Assembly (NCBI GenBank): GCA_036149055.1
Contig: JAYZQJ010000084.1
Span: 1-64,000, forward strand
From: Myxococcota bacterium
GTDB taxonomy: Bacteria; Myxococcota_A; Polyangia; Polyangiales; Sandaracinaceae
DNA length: 64,000 nucleotides
Reading direction: 5' to 3'
This document shows positions 53,160 through 60,715 of this stretch, one piece after another (position 1 is the stretch's first letter; each line of letters opens with the position of its first letter). The notes beneath the pieces were generated by a model. It was not told where the DNA came from and searched no databases. It saw only the letters and a list, made by a program, of their open reading frames with translations. A program made the position numbers and the translations under genes.

Positions 53160-53212
53160 CGGAAGATCGACGCGGCGCGACGAAAGACCGGCCCCTCGCC
53201 CCGGAAGACCGG
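53160..53212. promoter_or_regulatory. Three 11-bp direct repeats CGRAAGAYCGR at an exact 21-bp period
   Basis: CGGAAGATCGA 53160-53170, CGAAAGACCGG 53181-53191, CGGAAGACCGG 53202-53212; upstream of ATG 53123 (-). Confidence 0.7.
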
Positions 53213-53758
53213 TCAGCGGAAGCAGCCCCCGACCGCCTCCATCGTGCACGCGTCGCCCACCCGCTCGAAGCACGAGCCCCAGAGATCGAAGGGCTCGAGG
53301 CACTCCATCACGCAGGCCTCGAAGTCCCCGCTCACGATCCCGGCCCGGCAGGCCGGCGAGGCCTCGTCCGCGCAGCACGTGATCTCGTCCCAGGCCGGCT
53401 GGCAGCCCTCGCGGTTGCCGCAGTGGACGATGCTGAGGTTCAGGCAGCTCCCGCAGTCCGGGTCGGCGTCGAAGCAGCGGCTCTGGCAGTCGTCCGTGTC
53501 GCAGCTCATCAGGCAGTCGAGCGTGTCGTCGCGGCAGCCCGGCCCGTCGTAGGGCGGCACCATCGTCCCGCAGAGCGCCGGGTCCGGATCGTCGATCCCC
53601 GCGTCGACCGGCTCCACCGGCGTATCCCCGGAGTCCACCACCGGCGTGACCCCGGCGTCGCGCGGGACCACCGGCGTGTCGGCGTCCGTCTCGATCTCGA
53701 ACGAGGTGTAGCAGCCGGACGCGAGCAGCACCGGCAGCGCGGCGAAGAGGCGAAGCAT
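53213..53758 (-). CDS. Cys-rich helical lipoprotein (paralog B)
   Basis: ASGC lipobox; same Cys spacing as 52551-53123, consistent with tandem duplication. Confidence 0.75.
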   Translation of the reverse strand: MLRLFAALPVLLASGCYTSFEIETDADTPVVPRDAGVTPVVDSGDTPVEPVDAGIDDPDPALCGTMVPPYDGPGCRDDTLDCLMSCDTDDCQSRCFDADPDCGSCLNLSIVHCGNREGCQPAWDEITCCADEASPACRAGIVSGDFEACVMECLEPFDLWGSCFERVGDACTMEAVGGCFR

Positions 53759-53798
53759 GCCCGTAGCGTCGCAGAGCCGCCCCCGCCGCGCACGCCCA

Positions 53799-55466
53799 TC
53801 ACCACGGCGCCTCGAACAGCTCCACCTTCTGCGCGCGGCCCGGCACCTCGCGCTCGCCCACCCGGGGCAGCTCGCGGCCGGCCGCCTCCGCCGTCGCGCG
53901 GGTCACCAGGATCTGCTGCGGCCGCGCGATCGTCTCCAGCCGGGCGGCCACGTTCACCACGTCGCCGATCGCCGTGTACTCCATGCGCGTCTCCGAGCCG
54001 ACGTTGCCCACCACCGCCTCGCCGGTGTGCACGCCGATCGCGAGCTGGATCTCCACGCCGACCGACTCCCTCCAGGCCGCGTTCGCGCTCTCGAGGAAGC
54101 GCATCATGTCGCGCGCCGCCGCCAGCGCCCGGGCCGCGTGATCGGGCTGCGCGGTCGGCGCGCCCCAGATCGCCATCACGCAGTCGCCGATGAACTTGTC
54201 GACCGTGCCCTCGTGCCGGAACACCGCGCCGGTCAGCAGCGTGAACAGCTCGTTGAGCAGCGACACCACCTGCTCGGGCGGCAGCCGGTCCGACAGCGGC
54301 GTGAACGCCACCACGTCGGCGAACAGCACCGTGATCTCGCGCCGCTGGCCGCCGAGCTCCATCGACGCCTCGCGGCGGATGATCGCCTCCACCAGCTCGG
54401 CCGGCAGGTAGCGCCCGAGGTCGGCGCGGATCGCCTGCTCGCGCCGCATCGCCTCCTCCGAGCGCTCCAGCTCCGCCGCCGCGTCGCTCAGCGCGTCGCC
54501 CAGCACCGCCAGCTCGTCGCCGGTCTCGATCGACACCCGCCGATCGAAGCGCCGCGCCGACAGCTCCTGGGTGAACGCCACCAGCGTCGCGATCGGCGCC
54601 GCCAGCCGCCGCGCCAGCAGCAGCGACGCGATCACCGCGAGCAGCAGCGTGCCCAGGATCGTCCCGATCACGATCGCGCGCATCTCGGCCAGCGACGCGT
54701 AGGCCACCTCGCGGGGGATCTCCGTGATCACCGCCCAGGGCGCCGCGTCGGTCGCGGCCGCGGTACGCAGCCAGCCGTCCACCTCGCTCGAGCTCGGCGC
54801 GCGCGAGAGCGTCGCCGGCGGCGCGCCCACCGTCGACAGCCGCAAGGAAGCGTCCGGGTGGACCAGCGCGCGCCCCGCCTCGTCCACCACCATCACCCGC
54901 CCGCGCCGCGACGCGAGCTGCGCGCGCGACAGCTCGGCCACCCGGGCCTGCACCGGCGCGAGGGACACCGGCGACGCCACCCAGCCCGTCGCGCGCCCGG
55001 CCGCCGAGAGCCGCTCCACCACCAGCACCCGGACGCTCTCCCCCTCGGTCGCCTCGCCCAGCCCGCGCTCCCGCAGCGCCGCGCTCAGCGCGTCCGGCGT
55101 CTCGATCCCGCGCGCGCTCGGGTCGCCCATGCGGTCGATCAGCGCGCCCTCGGCGTCGTACACCGCCACCACCTCGAGGCTCTCGTTCGCGTCGAGCAGC
55201 CGGAGCGCCGTCGCCAGCCGCGCCTCCTCGCCGAGCGACCCGTCGGTCAGCGCGTTCCCGATCGCCGACAGCCCCGTGCGCGCCCGCCGCAGCTCCCCGT
55301 CCACCGCCGCCGCCACCTGCTCGGTCAGCGCGATCTGCAGCGCCTGCGACGACGACTCCACCTCCCGCGCGTTCACGTCGATCAGCAGCCACCCCACCAA
55401 CGCGAGCGGCAGCGCCGCCACCCCGATGGTCAGCAGCGCGATCTTCACCCGGAACGAGGTCCGCAT
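53799..55466 (-). CDS. Membrane class III adenylate cyclase (TM, Cache-like, TM, HAMP, cyclase)
   Basis: HAMP PI..L..TGDELAVL; TVLFADVVAFT, DKFIGDCVMA, IGVHTGEAVVGNVGS, EYTAIGDVVNVAARL (Lys/Thr ATP-type specificity). Confidence 0.93.
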   Translation of the reverse strand: MRTSFRVKIALLTIGVAALPLALVGWLLIDVNAREVESSSQALQIALTEQVAAAVDGELRRARTGLSAIGNALTDGSLGEEARLATALRLLDANESLEVVAVYDAEGALIDRMGDPSARGIETPDALSAALRERGLGEATEGESVRVLVVERLSAAGRATGWVASPVSLAPVQARVAELSRAQLASRRGRVMVVDEAGRALVHPDASLRLSTVGAPPATLSRAPSSSEVDGWLRTAAATDAAPWAVITEIPREVAYASLAEMRAIVIGTILGTLLLAVIASLLLARRLAAPIATLVAFTQELSARRFDRRVSIETGDELAVLGDALSDAAAELERSEEAMRREQAIRADLGRYLPAELVEAIIRREASMELGGQRREITVLFADVVAFTPLSDRLPPEQVVSLLNELFTLLTGAVFRHEGTVDKFIGDCVMAIWGAPTAQPDHAARALAAARDMMRFLESANAAWRESVGVEIQLAIGVHTGEAVVGNVGSETRMEYTAIGDVVNVAARLETIARPQQILVTRATAEAAGRELPRVGEREVPGRAQKVELFEAPW

Positions 55467-55521
55467 CCGCCCCCATCTTACCCCGCCGCGCCGAGGCCCC
55501 CGAGGTACGATGCCGGTCGTC

Positions 55522-55941
55522 ATGTACCGTGCGATCTCCATCCTCCTCGCCGGCCTCGTGCTCGGCCCCGCCGCCGACGCCGCCGCGTGCACGTGCGCCA
55601 GCCCATCGGTCGCGGTCGCCGTCCGAGACGCCGCCCTCGTCGCCGAGGTTCAGCTCGTGGAGGTCCAGGAGGCCGGCCAGCGCCTCCGCTTCCGGGTCGA
55701 CCGCGTGTTCGCCAGCCGGATCGACGTCGAGGAGGGAGAGCACGTCTGGGTGCAGCACGTGGAATGCAACAGCGTGCCGTACACCGGCGCCGCCGTGGGC
55801 AGCCGCTCGATTGTCTTCGTCGGCCTCCGCCTCGGCGCCCTCGTCCACGGCTACTGCGACCTCCGGCTCCCCGCCTGGCAGCCCATCCCGGGGCCACTCC
55901 TCGAGGCGCGTCGCCGCTGGCTCCGGGAGCGGGGGCGATGA
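55522..55941 (+). CDS. Secreted TIMP/NTR-like small protein
   Basis: Signal peptide ending AAA|CTCASP, then V..V..FRVDRVF..ECN..IVF..GYC. Confidence 0.6.
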   Translation: MYRAISILLAGLVLGPAADAAACTCASPSVAVAVRDAALVAEVQLVEVQEAGQRLRFRVDRVFASRIDVEEGEHVWVQHVECNSVPYTGAAVGSRSIVFVGLRLGALVHGYCDLRLPAWQPIPGPLLEARRRWLRERGR

Positions 55942-57176
55942 GGGCGGGCCTGCTCGCGCTCGTCCTCTGCGCGTCGTGCGGCCCGCGCGTGCACGGGCTC
56001 GCGCTGCCGGAGACCACGGCCGGCTGGACCTCGAGCCCCCTCGACGACGCCCTGGCCGGCTGCGCGGGCGCGTGTCTCCCGGAGTGCACGGTCGAGGTCG
56101 TGGAGACGAGGGACGGGGAGCCGGTGCGCACCGGTCGCCACTGGATCGGGGGCGACGGCCGGCGCCTCTCGGTCTGGGAAGACCCGACCGGTCAGACCGC
56201 GCACGGCGCCGTCCGGTCGGGGGGAGCGTGGCTGGACGCGGCCGCGCACGTCCCCGGCGGAGCGCACCCGATGGAGCGCCTGCTCGCGCTGATGAGCCGC
56301 CCGGGCCGGCGGCCGCCGGCCGACGGAGTCGTCCTCACCCGCACCTACTCCGACGGCTCGCTGACCTGGTGGGAGCGCGGCTCGGGCGAGCCGGAGGCGC
56401 GCGCGGTACGCCGGGAAGAGGGTGGCGGCGCGCACCAGCGCTCACGCGAGGAGGGGCCGGACGGCCGCGTCGACGCCTGGGCGGCTACGAGCGGCGACAC
56501 GCGCGTTCGCCGAGCCACCTCGCCGGGCGGCTGGGTCGAAGAGGTCGAGGAGGTCCGCGCGCAGGACGTCTACCGCGAGCGCTCGGTCGTCACTCATGGG
56601 GGCCGCCGCTGGGACCGGCAGATCACCGTGCGCTACGGCCCGGACGGCGAGCTCGTCTCGGTCGAGGGAGACCCGTACGCCCGGGAGCCGCAGCGCCCCG
56701 TGTCGTGGTGGGCTGGCTGGGTCGACGACGCGAATTGCGTGCGCGTCGCGCGCGTCAGCGGACACGGCGTGGAGCCGGGGTCGCACTCCTGCGACGCGTG
56801 GGCAGAGCGCGGAGACCGCTGGATCAAGATCCGCGTCGACGCGTCGGGCCGCCCGGTCGAGCTCCTCACGGACGGCTGGTGGTGGGTGCGGGTCGAGCGC
56901 GACGCCTCGGGCGCCCCCGTCTTCGAGCGGCACGCGCGATCGCGGGGGAACGCCGGGGGGTGGTACGTCACCGAGACCCGCTGGGTCCGGGAGGCGGGAC
57001 GCCTCGTCGGCGCGACCCGCCTCATCGGGCTCGCCGAGGAGCCCACCGGCCCGCTCACCGACCCCCGCGAGGAGACGGTCGCGCTGCGCTTCGAAGGCTG
57101 CCCGCCCGACGCCACGGTCGCGGTCGCGCTCGACGAAGGCGCTGTCCTCGATCGCTGGCCCTCGCGCCTGCCGTGA
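55938..57176 (+). CDS. Hypothetical lipoprotein with YD/RHS-like beta-hairpin repeats
   Basis: ATGA overlap with the previous gene; LCASC lipobox; YGPDGELV, VDASGRPV, RDASGAPV, REAGRLV. Confidence 0.55.
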   Translation: MRAGLLALVLCASCGPRVHGLALPETTAGWTSSPLDDALAGCAGACLPECTVEVVETRDGEPVRTGRHWIGGDGRRLSVWEDPTGQTAHGAVRSGGAWLDAAAHVPGGAHPMERLLALMSRPGRRPPADGVVLTRTYSDGSLTWWERGSGEPEARAVRREEGGGAHQRSREEGPDGRVDAWAATSGDTRVRRATSPGGWVEEVEEVRAQDVYRERSVVTHGGRRWDRQITVRYGPDGELVSVEGDPYAREPQRPVSWWAGWVDDANCVRVARVSGHGVEPGSHSCDAWAERGDRWIKIRVDASGRPVELLTDGWWWVRVERDASGAPVFERHARSRGNAGGWYVTETRWVREAGRLVGATRLIGLAEEPTGPLTDPREETVALRFEGCPPDATVAVALDEGAVLDRWPSRLP

Positions 57177-57293
57177 CGCCTTGCGTCGTTCAGCAGCCAG
57201 AAGCGAATGCTCCGGCGACGCCGGCGGTGTACCGTGCGGGCGTGGTCGAGACGCAGGCACGAAACCAGAGTGGCGGGGTAGGGCGGGTCTCCC

Positions 57294-58712
57294 GTGGCGG
57301 ACCCTGAGGCGAAGAGACCACGGCCGGGGCTCCTCGGGTCGGCGTTCACCGTCGTGCTACTCGCGGCAGCGTCGTTCGGGTGCGCGGAGCCCGCGGCGCG
57401 GATCACCCACCGCTGCGAGGCCCGCGCGGAGAGCGTTCAAATCGGTGACCTGAGCAGCGAGGGAGGGCATCAGATCGCCGTGGCCGACGGCCGCGTGCTC
57501 CTCGCCAGCCACGAGCGGGGAACCCAGGAGTGGTCGGCTCAGTGGCGCGGCGTCTCGGATGGTCGGGCACTCTCCGACCGCTACTCGCTGGGCGTGGGCT
57601 TCGCCCATCGGCCGGTCCTCGTCCCCAGTCCAGCGGGGCCCCGCGGCGTGCTGATGGCCGACGTCTCGGCCGCCGAGGTCACGGAGGAGTCCGCTTCTCG
57701 GATGCCGGCGCTCTGGCGGTTCCCGACCGCGGGCGGGCCGCCGGAGCGGACCGGCCTCGGCCTGGACGTCCCCGACGCGTGCCTGGCGTGCATCCACCAG
57801 TCGCTGCACGGAGCCGTCCCCGGCTATCACGGGGCCTTCCCGGTGGTCGAGCTAGCGGGCCGAACGCTCGCCGTCCTGTCGACCATTCCAAGCGAGTGTG
57901 TGACGTCGCGCCGGCTGGGCAACCTGCAGAGAATGCGCATCGTCGACCTGGACGACCTGAGCGAGTCCGGAATCTTCTGGGGCGACGAGCCGTGCCGTGT
58001 CCTCCCTGGTGACCTCGCCGCCGGGACCGCGTGGCCCGTGGCGCTCAGCGACGGGCGCCGGATGGGAGTCTTCTTCGCCTCCGGGATCAGCGGAGTGCCC
58101 CCCATTCGCGAGTACATGATCGTCGAGGCCGACGGGACCGTCGTGTTCGGACCGATCGACGTCGGAACAACGATGGAGCGCTTCCCCGCCCTCGACTACG
58201 GCCAGGGCCGCGCGGTCCGGCTCGGCACGTCGCTGATCTTCGCGGAGTACCTGCGACGCGGAGACATCTGCTCGGGCCTTCGCATCATGAACGAGGAGGG
58301 CACGAACGTTCGCGACACCCCCTGGCAGCTGCCGTGTCGAAGCGACGACCTACTCTGGGTCTCCTGGGTAGAGCTGCGGGCGTTCGGCGACCACGCGCTC
58401 GTCGTCTGGAGCGAGCACGCCGACCCGTTCGACGCGCCCGCGTGGTCGGAGCGCGTGATGCTGGCCTTGCTGGACGACCGAGGACGTCTCGCGAGCGAGC
58501 CGCTCGAGGTGACGCCCCCCGGCGCATCGGCCCTCCGGAACGGCGCGATCGACCGCGAGACCGGGGCGCTCGTGAACCCGCTGTTCAGCCGCGCCTATCG
58601 AACCAGCGTCTGGGTCGACGACGAGTCGAACGCCTACGTGTCCTACGGGAGCGACTCGGACGAGCACCTCGGCGTCTTCGTCCGACACGTGGAGTGCGAG
58701 CCTCTCCCATGA
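57294..58712 (+). CDS. Hypothetical lipoprotein (beta-rich, Cys-containing)
   Basis: 472-aa ORF with ASFGC lipobox; more A/T-ending codons than core genes. Confidence 0.6.
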   Translation: MADPEAKRPRPGLLGSAFTVVLLAAASFGCAEPAARITHRCEARAESVQIGDLSSEGGHQIAVADGRVLLASHERGTQEWSAQWRGVSDGRALSDRYSLGVGFAHRPVLVPSPAGPRGVLMADVSAAEVTEESASRMPALWRFPTAGGPPERTGLGLDVPDACLACIHQSLHGAVPGYHGAFPVVELAGRTLAVLSTIPSECVTSRRLGNLQRMRIVDLDDLSESGIFWGDEPCRVLPGDLAAGTAWPVALSDGRRMGVFFASGISGVPPIREYMIVEADGTVVFGPIDVGTTMERFPALDYGQGRAVRLGTSLIFAEYLRRGDICSGLRIMNEEGTNVRDTPWQLPCRSDDLLWVSWVELRAFGDHALVVWSEHADPFDAPAWSERVMLALLDDRGRLASEPLEVTPPGASALRNGAIDRETGALVNPLFSRAYRTSVWVDDESNAYVSYGSDSDEHLGVFVRHVECEPLP

Positions 58713-58821
58713 GCGGGCGGCTCGGCCCGCATGCGCCTTGCGGCGTGCATCTGGCACTGTCAGCCTGATCGCAAGCTTGGTATACGGCGCCGGGGCCTCC
58801 CGGCGAGAAAGTGAGCGTGTC

Positions 58822-59382
58822 ATGCGTCGAGCTTCTCTTGCGATCTGCGTCCTCGTCCTCGCCCTCGGCTGCGCCGGAGAGGCGGCCCAGGAGTGGGAGA
58901 TCTCCGGGCTCTCCACCCCGCCGCCCGAGACCCTCCAGGCGCACGCCGCCTCGGTCCGCGCCGCCGGCGGCCGGGTCTTCCTGGCCGAGGTCGACGCCGT
59001 CGCTGCCGTCACCCCCGAGCGCGTCCCCGGCCCCGAAGACCTCTTCGTCGAGTACCCCCAGGGCGACGTCGAGCTCACCGTCGTCGACGCCCTCGGCGAG
59101 ACCATCGACGCCGAGGTCACCGTGCGCGGCTCCACCGACCTGCCCACCGTCGTCGACGCCGAGGGCGCCGAAGCCAGCGACTGGGTCATCTCCGGCGCCT
59201 CGCTCGAGCAATGGCAGACCCGCCTCCTCCCCAGCTCCGGCGCCGCCGTCTTCTTCGTCGTCCCCGGCGCCCCCGGCGCCCCCGAGCGCGCCACCTGGAT
59301 CGCCCCCGTCGTCGACGGCCAGGTCCTCGCCGACGGCTGCGTCGACGAGACTCCGGTATCCCCGAGCGCCCTCACGCGCTGA
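58822..59382 (+). CDS. Hypothetical lipoprotein
   Basis: MRRASLAICVLVLALGC lipobox; strongly C-ending codons. Confidence 0.65.
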   Translation: MRRASLAICVLVLALGCAGEAAQEWEISGLSTPPPETLQAHAASVRAAGGRVFLAEVDAVAAVTPERVPGPEDLFVEYPQGDVELTVVDALGETIDAEVTVRGSTDLPTVVDAEGAEASDWVISGASLEQWQTRLLPSSGAAVFFVVPGAPGAPERATWIAPVVDGQVLADGCVDETPVSPSALTR

Positions 59383-59402
59383 ACGGCAGCGGGGAAAGTG
59401 AT

Positions 59403-59435
59403 GTGATCTCGGGCGTGTGAGGCGCCCGAGGTCAC
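59403..59435. terminator. Hairpin between convergent genes
   Basis: GTGATCTCGGGCG-N7-CGCCCGAGGTCAC: 13-bp stem with one G-U pair. Confidence 0.55.
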
Positions 59436-59459
59436 TACTTAATTGCTTTTAAGTTATCC
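59432..59459. other. Putative tyrosine-recombinase (dif-like) core site, 11+6+11 bp
   Basis: TCACTACTTAA-TTGCTT-TTAAGTTATCC; perfect ACTTAA/TTAAGT inner arms; strikingly AT-rich. Confidence 0.5.
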
Positions 59460-60715
59460 GCGCCGGCCGGGATGGCCTGGGTCAACACCCCGGCGAGATC
59501 CGAGGCGGGGTCTCCGTCGAGGCCGAGGAAGACAGGCACGCAGCGATGGTCACGGCCGACGTAGCGGCCCGTGTCGCCGAGCCGGGTGGCTCCTTTCGGG
59601 GCCGGGTACAGCAGGAGCGACGTCTGGCAGTCGAAGAGCTCGTGGTAGCAGAACATCTGCTTGATGTCCGCGCTGCTGGGCTGGCCCCCCGCCGGCAGCT
59701 TCCACTTCGTGTCGATCACGACGAGGGGGGACTCGCGGCCGGGGTGGCGCAAGGTGATGTCCGGTCGGAGCGGCCGCGCCTTGCCACCGAGCCGCCAGAA
59801 CGCGCGTGAGTCCTGCGTGCGGACCTCCACCCCGGGCAGACGCAGCCGGCGCGCGAGCGCGGCGATGTAGCGCTCCCACAGCGCGTTCATGTCGAAGAGC
59901 AGCGCGAGGAACGGCGCCCGGCCGCTGCGGACGTCGGGCGCGAGCTGAAAGAGGATCAGCCGCGCGAGCTTCAGCGCCGCGCGGTACCGCGTCGTGTTCC
60001 GGGTGAGCCGGACGCGCTCCAGCGCCGCCATGTCCGGGCGCCAGGCCGGGAGCTCCGGGAACGCGTGGCGAATCCCGCGCGCGCGAGCCCGGGCCCCGGC
60101 GGAGATCGGCAGCGCGTCGAGGAGCCGCAGCGCCTCGTGGAGGGCGAGGTTCGGGAGGTTGCGGTGATCGTAGACGGGGCTCGCGACGTAGAAGCGGGCG
60201 GCGTTCACCGCGTTTCGCCGGGCGTGCTCCGGGACGAGCAGCCGGCCGCGGAACGCCGTCCGGTTCCCCTCCTCGGTGCGATAGCCCTTGGCGAGCCCCT
60301 GGTGCACGAGCCGCTCGCACTCGTCGAGGAAGTGCTGGATGAAGAGATCGAAGAGCCGGCCCGGATCGAGCCGCAGCTGCGCTTCGTCCTGCGACTCGAG
60401 CCCCAGGTCGCCGACGACCCGGAGCATGTGGACGAGCGCCCGATGCCAGCGGCCGTGCCCTCCCGCTTCGCTTCGGTCGGCCTTCGGCAGGATCTCGAGC
60501 GAGAGGTCGCCCAGCTGGAGCACGCCCACGTACGAGCCGAAGCGAACCGTGCGACGCCCGCACGAGAGGTATCGGTCGGCGGTCCCGTCGGCGAACGACG
60601 CGAGGGCGCGGTGCTCCGCGGCGCCCAGCGCGTGCTCGCCTCCGGTGGAGGTTCGCAGCGGCTCGCCGACGCGCACCGTGGTGTGCTCGAACACCTGGAC
60701 GGTGATCGACGGCAC
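59435..60715 (-). CDS. mcrC: McrC family PD-(D/E)xK restriction subunit
   Basis: YVGVLQL..EILPK, LVHQGLAKGY..RGRL, LLFDMNALWERY, LRPDI..VIDTKWK..ADIKQMFCY; abuts mcrB. Confidence 0.93.
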   Translation of the reverse strand: MPSITVQVFEHTTVRVGEPLRTSTGGEHALGAAEHRALASFADGTADRYLSCGRRTVRFGSYVGVLQLGDLSLEILPKADRSEAGGHGRWHRALVHMLRVVGDLGLESQDEAQLRLDPGRLFDLFIQHFLDECERLVHQGLAKGYRTEEGNRTAFRGRLLVPEHARRNAVNAARFYVASPVYDHRNLPNLALHEALRLLDALPISAGARARARGIRHAFPELPAWRPDMAALERVRLTRNTTRYRAALKLARLILFQLAPDVRSGRAPFLALLFDMNALWERYIAALARRLRLPGVEVRTQDSRAFWRLGGKARPLRPDITLRHPGRESPLVVIDTKWKLPAGGQPSSADIKQMFCYHELFDCQTSLLLYPAPKGATRLGDTGRYVGRDHRCVPVFLGLDGDPASDLAGVLTQAIPAGADNLKAIK

